The notes below the pieces were generated by a model. That model was not told the origin of the DNA. It worked only from the letters and a program-made list of their open reading frames with translations, and made no database searches. 64,000 nucleotides of DNA from Leptogorgia sarmentosa (taxonomy: Eukaryota): NCBI GenBank assembly GCA_964658305.1, contig OZ210885.1, positions 6,014,001-6,078,000 of the forward strand. The letters are read 5' to 3'. Positions 22,455 to 35,207 of the stretch are shown in pieces. The position numbers and the translations under genes were made by a program. How positions within the stretch are numbered: position 1 is the first letter of the stretch; the number at the start of each line of letters is the position of its first letter.

Positions 22455-23894
22455 CTCATGGTGGATGAAAGTCGGCAATACGATGTTATGTCCACAGGAC
22501 GACCACATTTCTTATATTCGCCTTTGTTGTCACGTGGTATGATGCCCTTCAATGAAATTCAATGTTTTTTTACAGGCAAAATCCTCCCTTTTTGATTTAC
22601 AACATGTTAATGTCATTTTATTTCATTCTTATGCTCACAGGTAATTGACAGGGCTTCCCATTCACTTTCAAGTTGATGCATGTGGATACAGATCATCTTG
22701 TTCACAACTCGTCTCCAGTAAACAAAACCTGAAAATAAATTATTACATTATATTGCTTATTTTACTTTAGTAACAGCTGATTGATTGTTACGTGTAAAGC
22801 ATTTTTCACGTTTACCTCAACTGAATTCGAACGTTGTATTCACTGTTTGCCATTGGTCTGTTATCCATAAAGCATGTCAGATGTTCATTATGTTAGTAAG
22901 GTGACTGTTGCAGGAATTATTCTAAGGAAATTTTATCACTGCACAAAAGCACAAAAAAATATAAAAATATGTGAATATAAAGTTGTTGGAAAAGGTCTGA
23001 CTGCCCAATTCAGAACATCAAACTGTTTCCTATTTTCCTATTTAGCTTTTTGCTAGAATATGTAAAGTTATGAAACTATTGCTGTTGTATATGCTTAAAG
23101 TTATTCCCAAATTCTAATAAATGATGAATAACATATTTTAATCACTGCACAAAATGTATTTTATCACTGCACAATTCTCATTTATCACTGCACAAATTGG
23201 TTATCACAGCACCTTAGAATAATCCCTGGACTGTTGTATAACATTGTTTGATAATCATGTCATGAAATTAGTAATTTCATCCACTTGTTGTTGTGTTAGT
23301 TGGAATGTAATGTCTTCATATCTCGTGTTTTTGCTTTCATCTAGTAAACAAATGAATGTAAATGCATTGAGACACCATGGAGAGATTGGGGCAAAAACAA
23401 GTCATGCCACTGAAAACATGACCTACCCAAGGCATGAGGTCGGACCAATACATCTTTGACATCAAAATATGGCAAAGGCCGTAATTTTACAAACATTGTT
23501 GTTGTAGATGTGGACTTGATTCCCCTATACTTGAGTAGTTTGGTCGTTCTTGGAGGTTACAAGGTGCGGAGTACATTCGCCGTGGCCGTGTGAACCTTTT
23601 TAAAAGCATTTTAGACCCCCTTAACTTTTTAAAAACATTTTTAGTTACTAAAACTTTACACTTAACATATCTCTTCCATTGTAAATATAGTATTTCTTAA
23701 TGTTAATAAAAATTTATGCTTTTGAACCTGTTCGCATACAACTCTCGTATTTTTCTGAGAACTTTCGGAGAGTGGTTGTATTTTAGGAGCTTTAACGCTC
23801 TTAACATTAGGTCAATTTTGTATCCCGTGGTTGTTAGATCGGCAAACTGCAGGAGCTGTTTAAGTTCCGCCACACGAAACGACTTCACCATATG
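22455..23894 (-). pseudogene. PIAS: PIAS-family SUMO E3 ligase, six-exon non-processed fragment (SAP + PINIT), truncated before SP-RING
   Basis: Exons: 23894-23728 HMVKSFRVAELKQLL..KIRELY; 23524-23427 VKLRPLPYFDVKDVLVRPHAL; 23340-about 23262 ITFQLTQQQVDEI; about 22866-22816 EYNVRIQLR; 22728-22639 FCLLETSCEQDD..KVNGKPCQLP (1-nt frameshift); 22546-about 22455 GRPVDITSYCRLSST; most have AG/GT borders, two splice sites look mutated. Confidence 0.88.
22911..23228. mobile_element. hAT MITE in a PIAS intron
   Basis: TIR caggaattattctaagg / ccttagaataatccctg; 8-bp TSD GACTGTTG; internal tatcactgcac repeats. Confidence 0.9.
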
Positions 23895-24479
23895 CTATAT
23901 CAAGTGTTTCTATTGTTACTAATCTGATCTTGATTTGAAATTTAAACATTGAATATTGACTGTTAATTTACTACCTTACTACATAAACTGTACGAGCGAA
24001 TTTACAATATGAACTTCATGTAGGGCTTTCTTGAAAACGACCACACACATATTAATTGATAGGCCTACTCTGGGGTCTAGACCATAGATATAGGAAGCCT
24101 AGATTGCCGACTGTAGAATAATTATATGCTGACGCATGTGGCAAACATGAGCAATCCAAGATGGCTGCTCAACCGGTCAAATTAATAGGAGCTAGTATAG
24201 GAAAAACCATGTTTTTTCGCATTTTACGTCAGCATAACGTTTCCGATCACGTTCTAGCACCATTTTTTTGGAAATAACTACCCGTGCTGAAGTTTTGGAT
24301 GAAAATCGTGCAATTTCAATGGAATTAACCCCGAAATAATCGTAAATTGCTGCCAAGGCAGTCACATTGTTCCTTCAAGACGTTCGAACCTATCAACCCG
24401 TAAACTAACATATTTCTCTTGAACTAATCGTTGCCATAAAGAATATGTTTTGTAAACTTTGGCCTCTTGGATGAATTCC

Positions 24480-25385
24480 CTTCACGGACAACTAAATATA
24501 GCGAAAACCGAGTACGTTTTAATTGGAACACGTCATAAAATAAATAATATTGATACCCATCAAGGAGTTAAAATAAATAATACCAAAGCTCTTGGAGTTG
24601 AATTAGACGAAAACTTGAGTTGGGAAAAACAATTAACCATATTAGCAGTAAAATGTCATCAGGTATTGGGGCTATTAGAAAAATGAGCGAGTATGTTGAA
24701 AAAGACATTTTGATGAAAGTTTATAATGCCTTAATCCAACCATACTTTGATTATTGCTGTGAAGTATGGGATACACTCAATAAAGGCCTAAGCGAACGTC
24801 TACAGAAATTCCAAAACAGAGCTGCTAGGTTGATCATGAACTTCAAAAATGAACATGGTCAGTCTATTTTGGCACGAAAACCTCTACGCTGGGTAACACT
24901 TGAAGAGCGCAGGGCACAAATGAAACCCAGGCTCATGTACAAGACAATTAAAGGTTTAGCCCCCCAACGACTATGCGAAGCTTTCCAAAATCTGAATACC
25001 ATTCACGAACACAATTTGAGAGGTTCTTCAACAAGGTTTTATATTCCAAGACCAAAAACGGAATCCTTAAAAAAAGCTTCCAATATAGTGGGGCTAAACT
25101 ATGGAATCAGATACCTGAAGATATACGCAATTCGGTATCGTATAATTCGTTTTGTAAAAAGCTATCTTCCTCGATCTTAAACCTCGACTGAAAGTAGTAG
25201 TTTCTTGTCTAAATATTTAGTAGTAAAATTTGTTTAATAGGTGTAAAATTGCATTTGTTATGTATGTGATATTAGAGCTAATTTTTATATAATATTTTGT
25301 AAATACACATCCCTTTTGGAAATCAGCTTTCGCTGAAAAGGCTAATGTGTTTAAATAAAGTTGATCGATCTATCTATCTATCTAT
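24480..25385 (+). mobile_element. L2-type LINE 3' fragment, frameshifted
   Basis: LNIAKTEYVLIG, LGVELDENLSW, VYNALIQPYFDYCCEVW, LQKFQNRAARLI, SFQYSGAKLWNQIP; AATAAA plus (tcta)n tail. Confidence 0.9.
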
Positions 25386-25745
25386 GTAATTTATAGCTTT
25401 GCATAGCGAATGCTAATTGTGGATAGTTTTTGGACCAGGAAGTGGTCCCTAAACGCTGTTAATTTTGTAATGACATTTATAAATAGGGTTGGAAATTGAG
25501 TATTTTTTACACACTGTTTTGAGTCGGAGCATTCTTTCCGTATTATAGTAAATTCGACTTAGTCGATCATCACATTGAGAATACTATGCATTACTCCTAA
25601 TGTAAGCTTAAACGACCAGTCTCGGAAAAAACTAATAATTTTTAATACTGAAGAAAACTGTGTGCATCTCAGCAAGAACACTATGTCTTACCCCTAATGT
25701 AAGCTTAAACGAGTTTCCAATCTCGAAAAAACTTATTAACTGAGT

Positions 25746-28700
25746 TAGTTCATCACCTGAGACCCAAAAATTCGTTGCTAATACTCATCTCAGGAGAACA
25801 GATAAGACCGATTCTAAATGAAAGTTTAACTATTTAGCTTTCAAAAAATGTCTTGGCGGACATCTAGAATGGTAGCTTTCCTATAGACATTTGACTTTTA
25901 AGAGAGGTGATTGAAATCACTGATAGCCGCCATTTTGTCTCCAAGAGGAAACCCCGCATATTCGAAGTCTGAATATTGAAATTTACAATACTTACAGTAT
26001 TACAATAGTACAATAGTACACGAGCGAGTTAAGTTTATTAGATATTTAAAGGAAAATCCAATGGATACTTGTGTTATTTGCAATGAAGAGGGAGTTGGTC
26101 TCGTGCATTGTAAAGACGCAGAGTCGTGGACGAGACTGCATCGTGCGGCAGTCATTAGACAACATCAAACAATTTTAGCATTGTCAACAGGTGAGAGCGA
26201 ATTTCCAGAATCACCAGTGAAATATCACGTCTCTTGTAGAAAAGCATTTGTAAACCAGAAAACCTTACAATCCATGACAAGGGAAACTGTACAAAGTAGC
26301 GAATCAAGCGACCAACGTAGAGGTAGCATTCGCAATAAGCAAGCATCAAGTAGTAGCAAGTCGGCAGTACTTCCAGACGTTTGCCTATTTTGTAAGAAAG
26401 ACAAGTACAAATCAGGGACAAAAACGCGAGAAAAATTACGCGGAGTACAAGAATTTAGAGCGGATAATAGAATAAGAGAAAGCGCATTACAGCACATAAA
26501 AAGACATACTAACATGAGTTCCGTTGCTGCTGAGATTTATAGTATATGTTCAAAGGACTTGATAAGCAGTGAAGCGCGATATCATTCGTCGTGTTACAAC
26601 TCATTTGTACGCGTAATATACGAGCCTGATGCCACTTCCGAAAGCTCAGCTAACACTACTGAAAACAAAAACGGGATAGATAAAGCATACAATGCAGTGT
26701 ATTCTTTCTGTGAAAATTTTATTGCCAACCCAAGAGTGATTGAGTTTAAAGAAATAAGGAAAGTACTTGCAGACGAGGCAGAGAGGATAGGAGTAACAGT
26801 GACGGAGTCCCACTATAAAAACCTGTTGCGTATGGTATCAAATAAATTTCAAGAGCTGGAATTTATCAATTATCAACAGAATAAGGTACTTGTGTATCCA
26901 ATAACGTTAGAGACAGCAAACTTAGCAGTTGAAAACTATGCACTTAAAACTGAATTAAATGCACTACTTAATCAAACGTCTTTGGATGACGATACTAAAG
27001 CCATGATTAATGCAGCGAAAATTCTCAATAAAAAGATAAAAGCTCATCCCATTCAAATGCCATGGCCCCCTGAAGAAAAAGATCTTAATGCCAATAAGGT
27101 GTCGGATTATATCCCTGAGCTACTGGATACCTTTTGTACCATCCTCATGTCTGGCCAATCCATGGACGCTGACAAAAGTAAGTCTGAACGCACTGTTCGC
27201 CTTAAGAATTCATTAGCACAAGATATTGTCTACTCGGTCTCCAACGGAGCAATCAAAACGCCAAAAAGTGTCCTTTTACCAGCGGTGATAAAGGCTCTGT
27301 GTAACAACACAGAAGTAGTTAAGCTTGTCAATAAGTGTGGTCATGGCATAGGGTACAATCTCATTGAAGAAATTGATACGGAATTTGCACTTAGAGTAAT
27401 CAATGAACAAACTTTAAGCCGTGTGCTTATACCAAAGGAATGTATTCAACCAGACAATCCACCAGTTGCACTCATGATAGCAGACAACATTGATAACTTA
27501 GAATGCACGGTCAGCGGAGCGGGTACGTCTCACCGAGTGAATTCTATTCTTACTCTAAAAAGAAAGCCTCCAGACAATCCAAACGTTGACACTGAGGAAT
27601 CTGAACAACCTCAGCCTAAACGGAAATGTAAGCGTTCTTTACAAGCAGATGTAGTCATAAAGGAGATTCCCGACTACTATGGCGGTGCGCGTGTTGGCCC
27701 TGGGGTCCTTTCGCATGTACAATATCTCGGTATTAGATCGTCTTACAGAGAGAAGGTAAAGAGGCTTCACATGAAGTACCTCGTTTGGATAGAGGTAAGA
27801 AAGCTACGAACACATCCGCTGCTTCTTGTTCCCGGCTGGACGGGTTTCTTTATCAAGACCAGAGACAACATTGTCATCATTCAGAGCACAATTGGATACC
27901 TTGACACATTAGATTCCCCTGCAACCGACCTTAAAACCGCTTACGAAGTCCTTCGCCGAGGATGTGAAATCAAAGAAACACTCAACTTGAAGGGCGTGGC
28001 TTGTGTATTTGATCAGGCATTCTACGCAAAAGGAATGGAGATATTTTGGAAGAACAAAGCACAGTTTGAAGGCTTAGTAATGATGATGGGCGGATTTCAT
28101 TTACTAATTGAGAATACCATTAATCGAGACTGCAAGACTGCAGGGGGGTACATTGGCTTCAGTACGAATTTTGCCGCAACACAAAGATGGGTTCTAAACA
28201 ACTCTAGGCGCAGTTCATACATGCGCATTCTCCGTGAACATTTATCGCTCGAGCCTAGTGAAAACAAGCCACACAAAGAACTAGCGCCAACGAGAATAAG
28301 ATCAGATATGGAAGCAGTTAGAAGCGTGGTATACTTACTCGAGAATGTCTTATGTAGTCCATGGAGTAGAGGGGCTCAAAGTCTATGTAGTCTCTCTACA
28401 GGGCTAGCAGCTACTGACGACGTCAGAGATGACCTTTTAAAGGCCAATGCTAAGGAGAGGCTGCCTGCAAAGAGTTTATCAAGGAGAGATGTTCATCCAC
28501 TTCCACTCTTGGATTCTTCGATCCACTCAAGAAGCTTAAGCTTAAGTCCTTCAAAGACCTAAAGGCAGTGGCCAAGATCCGCATAAAAGATGCTGTGCTA
28601 CCTATCCGCCTAGATCGGGACGTCTTTGCAAGGATGGCGCTGATAAGCCAGTTTAGAAAGATCGACATGCGATTGGTATTTTCGTATCCCCTTGGTCCAT

Positions 28701-30819
28701 TACCCTGGGCGCTAGCAGATCCATACGGAATGCCACGGAAGACAAACAAAGCGAAACTAGCGCAGCAATTGGAGAAGCAAGTTGAACTCACCCATAGCTA
28801 CCCACGTGATGCTACGAGTATCTATGATGGCATGGCTGAGTTACAGAGTTTTAAGCCACCGTCAGGAGCTACGTTTGCTGTTGTAGCTGATAAGCTCTTC
28901 ACAGTTTTAACGAGCACGCCAAGCAAGAGAATTGACGTTGTTTTTGACGTGTACAAGGACGTATCCATAAAGAATGTAGAAAGAGCGAAACGTAAAACTG
29001 GATCAGATGGGATCGTCTACCAGAATATTTTGCCCGGTTTCCAAGTAAAGAACTGGAGCAAAATCCTGAGTGTCTCCGCTAACAAGGCGGAAATTGTTCG
29101 TTTTCTAGTGGGACAGTGGAAAGAGATGCACTTCCGGAACAGGCTACATGGCAAAACTCTTTTTGTTACTGAAGGAGAAGATTGCTGGAAAATAACATCG
29201 ACAACGGCAAGTCTCGTACCAGAACTGAAGAGTAATCACGAAGAGGCCGACACACGTATGGTATTACATGCCCATCACGCAGGAGGCAAATGCGTCATTC
29301 ACGCAGACGACACAGATGTCCTCGTACTTCTTGTTGGTCATGCCCACGACCTTGGTAGCTGTTTTTTGAAAAAAGGGAAGGCGGCAAAACGGAGAATCGT
29401 TGGAGTCTCAGAAATGGTCAATCGACTAGGAAGACAAGCAGCAGATGATATTACAACCCAAGAAGCTTGCGAAGCTCTCATTGGAATACATGCACTTACT
29501 GGATGCGACACAGTATCGGCCTTCGCTTCAAAAGGCAAATGGCGTCCAGTACAGCTGGCGCTCAAGCACAAGGCCTATGTCAACGCAATGAAAGACATCG
29601 GAAAGGAATGGAGCTTAAGTGAGACGACATTCAAAGCAACTGAAGAGTTTGTCTGTCACTTATACGGCAAAAAGGCCAAAAGTGTAGATTCGTTACGATA
29701 TGAGCTACATTGCGCAAGAGGTGGTAAGATTGAGCCAGAGGCACTACCCCCATGCCAATCATCGCTAAGGCTCCATGTTTCCCGTGCAAACTACCAGGCA
29801 GCTGTGTGGAAAAGAGCTACAGAAGCGTGTCCCGACACACCCTCACCTCATGGGTATGGTTGGAATGTAAACACATCCACCATAGAATTTGTATGGTTGG
29901 GATCCCGGCCCGCACCTGAAGAAGTACTGGAGCTTTTATCCTGCACCTGTAAACGAAAGTGTACAGACGATTCATGCTGCTGCATTAAAGCTGGATTAAA
30001 ATGCACTGAGATGTGTTCCCTTAAGTGCAAAACAACATGGCTGACGAAGAAGATGAAAGAGAGATGACAGAGAGCAATGAAAGTGAAGACGAGGATGTTG
30101 ATGACGTCGAATAGAAAAGTTCTACAAGTTAAACCTTGTTAGACATCTACTTAGTTAAATATATCGGGCTAGCATTTAGTAAGCTAACTATATAGAGAGT
30201 GGTTTCAATTAATCTGTAAAATAGTTAGTAGACTAATACGCACTATGTAACCCCATTTCTATTGTTTTGTTTTGTCTATATCAAACTATTATGCACTGAA
30301 TATTAGATTTTGTTTCACGGATTAATTGAAACCACACTATCACGTTGAAAGTGACTGAGTATAGCAAGTAAAGTTAGATCAACTCGATTTTCCTTTATAT
30401 ATATATACGTACATAACAGTGACAGTTTTTCGAGGGGAACAAATATTTTTTAGACAAATCGCCAGAAAAAGTTCGAAAAAAATTGCTAGTGGATTATCTC
30501 TAATGGTTGAATTTGAATATATATATATATATATAAATGAATCCTTTATACAATTCAAGCAGATATTTTATTGCTTTTGACGGTGTTTAAATTTGCGAAA
30601 TGATATTGTTTCGAATATGCGGGTTTCCTCTTGGAGACAAAATGGCGGCTATCAGTGATTTCAATCACCTCTCTTAAAAGTCAAATTTCTATAGGAAAGC
30701 TACCATTCTAGATGTCCGCCAAGACATTTTTTGAAAGCTAAATAGTTAAGCTTTCATTTAGAATCGGTCTTATCTGTTCTCCTGAGATGAGTATTAGCAA
30801 CTGGTCAGGTGATGGACTA
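25746..30819 (+). mobile_element. Academ (AcademX-type) DNA transposon with both termini
   Basis: About 200-bp TIRs (25746-25967 / 30610-30819) starting TAG and ending CTA; 3-bp TSD AGT (25743-25745, 30820-30822); internal transposase. Confidence 0.9.
26061..30114 (+). pseudogene. Academ transposase with XPG/PIN-like nuclease and Cys-rich C-terminus; frameshifts near 28450 and 30030
   Basis: ADNIDNLE..GAGTSH, FDQAFYAK, GGFHL, ENTINRD.K..GG..GF, HEEADTR, DTDV, GCDTVSAF, CTC..C....C.C......CT..C; acidic tail in the shifted frame ends at 30114. Confidence 0.85.
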
Positions 30820-31109
30820 AGTACGCTATGCCCCACACTATGCGTGGGAAACGAGGATCTAAATTCTCAAAACACTGACAAAAGATAAGAGGAACTGAGA
30901 CGTCAGGTTTCAGTCAAGCACCTCAACCTAACAACAGAAGCACGCAGCAAGGTTGGAAGTAAAGACCACCGCCTTAGCGTTACCCCCTAGAGGGCCCCGC
31001 AAACGGGCACAAACACGAAGAATACTTCGATGCACGAACGAATAGCGAACACGCACGGAATTCACAACACTTCACAGCACCACGCAGAAACACGAAAGGA
31101 ATTCACAAC

Positions 31110-31260
31110 ACTTCTTCAGCTCTTCGATTCTTCAACACTTCCATTCTTTAGCTCTTCGATTCTTCGATTCTTCGATTCTTCAATTCTTCAATTCTTCAAC
31201 TCTTCAACTCTTCAACTCTTCAACTCTTCGATTCTTCAACTCTTCGACTCTTCAAGTCTT
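31110..31260 (+). repeat. Degenerate 8-bp tandem repeat (tcttcaac/tcttcgat)
   Basis: Directly visible. Confidence 0.9.
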
Positions 31261-32301
31261 CGCCCGGAGGCGATTTACTTGCTATTCCGAGCCTTACTTT
31301 AACAGAGAAAAGCGAGCTTAAGATTACGGGACGCGGCCACCCGGAAGGTAATATTCAATTTTCAGTTTATAGCGCATGCGTGATTTCACGTCGTCAAAGT
31401 TTTTATCACTAGCTTTGTTCTTTCATGGCATTCCTCAATCAACTAAAACTATACATCGCTTCACAGATGATACAACAAAAGAGTAGTTTTATAACAATCT
31501 TATTGTCTTTATTTTTTAAAACGTTTTTTAGTGATAATCTTAATGCGAAGAATTTAGCGCGCGGGATCTGAACAAACATCACTGGTTGAAACCAACGTGG
31601 TTGTTTTATCTCCAGGGAGACGACGTTGCCGGCGAACTTTCTCTTCACTGCTTTTTTCATGCGCTCGCTCACCCAGTTGCCTGGTAGCACTCTTTCGCGA
31701 CCGGTGCGTGAGTGCGGAAATGGTAGACAGCGGACACACATAGAGATCAGAAGGAGACTCGGACTGCGTTTCAGTTTGTTGTGAGAAAAGGGAGACGCCG
31801 AGGTGGTATGTTCGTTTCAGAAATATTTGGCATGTTCATTCAGACAATGTGTATTTACTAGCAGTTTGTGTGTATTTACTAGCAGTTTGTATGTATGTAT
31901 GCAGTTATCAGTCCATACACTGTCCCGAGAAATGTTACTTAGGTCCAACTTTATTTCATTTTACTACTCGTATTTATAATTCCTGTCGCTATATGCATTA
32001 TCTTTGGCTTAGATAAATATAGTGCCAAGTTTGACAGCTCACAGATGCAGCAACTTCGGCCTTTGCTACTTGCTGATTATCTATCGACACATTTGGGTTT
32101 TGTTTTTATGTCCATTGACATAATACTGTTTTACCTACAATGTATATTACGATACGTAATTATAGTCTGACTTCGGATCATCATATATATATTTCCCAAG
32201 CTTTTCAAAAACTGGCCAATAATACATTACTGAATTAGTCTATCTTTGTATCATTGCATATCATGAAAAAATCTTACCAGGTTTTTAGAAGTGATGAAAT
32301 A

Positions 32302-32773
32302 TATTATATGTTATTGACTGGGTGTGAGGTCCGTACTGGAGGATACTGCACGGTCTCGTTCTTTTCTCGCTTGTTTATGGACCGAGCCGAACGAACAAAC
32401 TCAGTCAATAAGCTATTTATTATATGGCAAAAGATAAACAAAACTCGTTTACAACAATTCAACACTATGAACAAAGCCGGTAAACGGCTAATTAATAGTA
32501 AGAACAGCTGAAGAAGTTCGCTAAAAATTGTTCTCTAAAATGTTATTGGCTACCAAAAAAAGAACAGAATGTTGAAACAAAAAAAGAACAGAATGTTCAA
32601 ACAAAGTTCAAACATGTTTTTAACTTCTTTCGTCTTCGTTGTGGCTTGATTCAATAAACAACCGACGTCGCTAAACGCGAGCGGTCCGTACTGCAGGTTA
32701 CCGACCGCTCAGGAACCAATCAGAATGCTGTATTTTAGCAGACGGACCGCTCATAAACACTTGCCATATAATA
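32302..32773. mobile_element. Probable non-autonomous Crypton-like repeat
   Basis: Starts ttatatgttattgactgggtgtgaggtccgtactg; tattgactg is inverted at 32402-32410 (cagtcaata) and ttattatatggcaa (about 32417) is inverted at 32761-32774. Confidence 0.4.
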
Positions 32774-32946
32774 ATTTATGTTTTACCGGCTAAGAGATCC
32801 TGCAGCCATTACACCAATGAATCTTAGCAATAATTCCCCATTGTTTCACGTTTCTTCGTTTCGTTGATAGCGAAAGGAATCTCTTTGAGATTGCACACGA
32901 GAAAAAACGTTGCTTCCTAACACAGACATGATCTTGAAATTGTAAC

Positions 32947-33018
32947 TGCCATGTGGTCTGGTGGTTAGGATCTGCCGTTTTCACCGCCATGGCCCGGGTT
33001 CGATTCCCGGCGTGGGAA
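32947..33018 (+). tRNA. tRNA-Glu(TTC), stem mismatches, probable pseudogene
   Basis: 72 nt with A and B boxes; substitutions in acceptor and anticodon stems relative to the copy at 34290. Confidence 0.8.
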
Positions 33019-33481
33019 CTTTTGCTGACAATTTCTATTTGGAACAGTTTGTCTTCACATATTCAAACTCGCCCGAGACTGGGATTCGATTCCCGGCTAA
33101 TGCAGAATATTTTCATTCTGACGAGTTTCAATTTCAATTGCAACCCGAGAAAGATTAATATTTTCTGATATGAGTGATATCGCCCTCTTTTAGCTAAAAC
33201 TATTCGGTAGCCACAAACTATTTGATCGTGGACAGAGTTTTTGCATTGGTTTTTAAATTACAGATTTTCATTCTTCATAATTAAATTGGGAAAATTAACT
33301 TTTAACAGAAATTAACTAATTAAATTAACTTTAGTAATTAATTTTACAAGCTCCCCTTCGCATTAATTTCGTTCTTGGATCAATTTGTTTCAATTAACTC
33401 TGAATTGCCAAATGGATGGTGCAAGAGAAATATAATACATTTTGCTGCATTATAAAAAATTTCAAATGTAATGTCTAAAAT

Positions 33482-33553
33482 AGGCTTTGCCGAGACTTAA
33501 ACTCGGATCGCTGGATTCAAAGCCCAAAGTGTTAACCATTACATCATAGAACC
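33482..33553 (-). tRNA. tRNA-Gln(TTG), degenerate
   Basis: ggttctatgatgtaatggttaacactttgggcTTTGaatccagcgatccgagtttaagtctcgg..; T-loop altered. Confidence 0.75.
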
Positions 33554-33628
33554 TTAACACCACCATGATAATATTTTCCAATTGTTTCACGTTTCTTCGT
33601 TTCTTTGACAGTGAAAAAACACGTCACA

Positions 33629-33706
33629 GGTAGCGTGGCCGAGCGGTCTAAGGCGCCGGTTTTAGGCACCAGTCATTTCGATGACGTTCGAATCCCACCG
33701 CTGCCA
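33629..33706 (+). tRNA. tRNA-Leu(TAG) pseudogene
   Basis: ggtagcgtggccgagcggtctaaggcg..TAG..long variable arm; 4-nt deletion in T-stem relative to the 37338 copy. Confidence 0.8.
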
Positions 33707-34007
33707 AATTTTCGTTGTTCTTTGACGCTTTTGTTGATTCAGTTCATATAAATTCAACAAGTTCGCGTTTCTTTTCCATGCTTTGGGAAAACTCATAAAT
33801 TCATCCATGACGCAAAAAAAGTAAAAATAAAAGTTTCTGAATTCACCCTTTTTTTGTCAAAATTACTTGTTTCCCCCAAACGTTTTGATCATGGACAGAC
33901 TTTTCGCATCGGTTTCTAAATTCTAGATCATTTTTCACTCCCTCCTAAATTTTCTCGCTAAAGAGCTTTTATAACAGAAAATAACATGTAACTGCTTTAT
34001 AACAGTT

Positions 34008-34060
34008 ATCGAAATGACTGGTGCCTTAAACCGGTGCCTTGGACCACACGGCCACGCTAC
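34008..34060 (-). pseudogene. 5' part of tRNA-Leu (anticodon reads AAG)
   Basis: Reverse complement gtagcgtggccgtgtggtccaaggcaccggtttAAGgcaccagtcatttcgat; T-arm missing. Confidence 0.75.
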
Positions 34061-34171
34061 GTGTGACGTGCTGACAACATAATTTCTTTTCAGTAAACAT
34101 CGACATCGTTTAAAGAGATTCCTTTCGCTATCAAGGAAACGAAGAATGGAAACATTGTCATGCTCCTGTTA

Positions 34172-34244
34172 GGTTATGTGGTGTAAAGATTAGCACTTTG
34201 GACTTTGAAATCCAGCGATCCGAGTTCAAGTCTCGGCAGAGCCT
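34172..34244 (+). tRNA. tRNA-Gln(TTG), degenerate (1-nt anticodon-arm insertion)
   Basis: ggttatgtggtgtaaagattagcactttggactTTGaaatccagcgatccgagttcaagtctcggcagagcct. Confidence 0.75.
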
Positions 34245-34289
34245 ATTTTATAGACAGTCTCTGGCGAATTTGAATAGGTGAAGACAAAA

Positions 34290-34361
34290 TTCCCACGCCG
34301 GGAATCGAACCCGGGCCATGGCGGTGAAAACGCCAGATCCTAACCATTAGACCACATGGGA
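34290..34361 (-). tRNA. tRNA-Glu(TTC), apparently intact
   Basis: tcccatgtggtctaatggttaggatctggcgttTTCaccgccatggcccgggttcgattcccggcgtgggaa folds to a cloverleaf; followed by TTTT. Confidence 0.9.
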
Positions 34362-34444
34362 GTGATAACTTGTTAACTATTCCTGTGTTACAAAGCCAGT
34401 TTGATTCTCGTGTTGCAATTGAAACGGAACAAATGAAAACATTC

Positions 34445-34515
34445 TTCGTTGGCTGTGAATCGAACCCCAGTCTCGCGCGTGGCAGGCGAGAATTCTACCA
34501 CTGAACCACCAACGC
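34445..34515 (-). tRNA. tRNA-Gly(GCC), degenerate
   Basis: gcgttggtggttcagtggtagaattctcgcctGCCacgc..ttcgatt; T-stem and acceptor mismatches; 3'-half remnants also at about 33069-33104 (+) and 34879-34902 (-). Confidence 0.8.
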
Positions 34516-34716
34516 AAAGTTGCCCAATTATTTCGTTATAATGTTCATATTCCACAAGATGCCGAACATTTTCACCAAACAACTTCAAATAATGAATCAG
34601 AGTAAGTTCTAGGATCTACACCATAATGTCCTAGCTGTGTTAAAATGGTTTAGTTTCAGAGAACGAATTTGAACATGTGAACACAAACGGTTTCAAGTTG
34701 AAATTTTCAGAAAAAA

Positions 34717-34788
34717 TTCCCACGCCGGGAATCGAACCCGGGCCATGGCGGTGAAAACACCAGATCCTAACCACCAGACCACATGGGA
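34717..34788 (-). tRNA. tRNA-Glu(TTC), near-intact
   Basis: 72 nt, 3 substitutions relative to the 34290 copy; followed by T6. Confidence 0.85.
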
Positions 34789-35207
34789 GTGATAAATTGT
34801 TGACTATTTCTGTGTTAAACACCAACGTTTTTTCTAGGGTTGCAACAACAATTGAAATGCAACAAAATGAAAATATTCTGCGTTAGCGAGGAATCGAAAC
34901 CCTGTGAAGTTGCCCAATTCTTTCGTTATAATGTTTATATTCGACAAAATGCCGAACATTTTCGCCAAATACCTTCAAATAATTAATCAGAGTAAGTTCT
35001 AGGAAATTGTTACGCTTTAAACGTGATCAGGGAAATCAGTTTTTTTGTGGAAAAGGAAGATCATGTCAAGAAGGACTTAAATACTGAAAACACCAAGAGA
35101 ATGGGTAAGGGGGATAGAGCTAGATAGAGCTTTGTATAAAGCTCTTAACTACTTTTTAACTAGCCTTTTTGTAGTTAAATAGTCGTTAACTTTAACCACG
35201 TAGTTAG

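Noticed and set aside
31030..31302. 90-aa ORF
   Set aside because: Translation of an 8-bp tandem repeat
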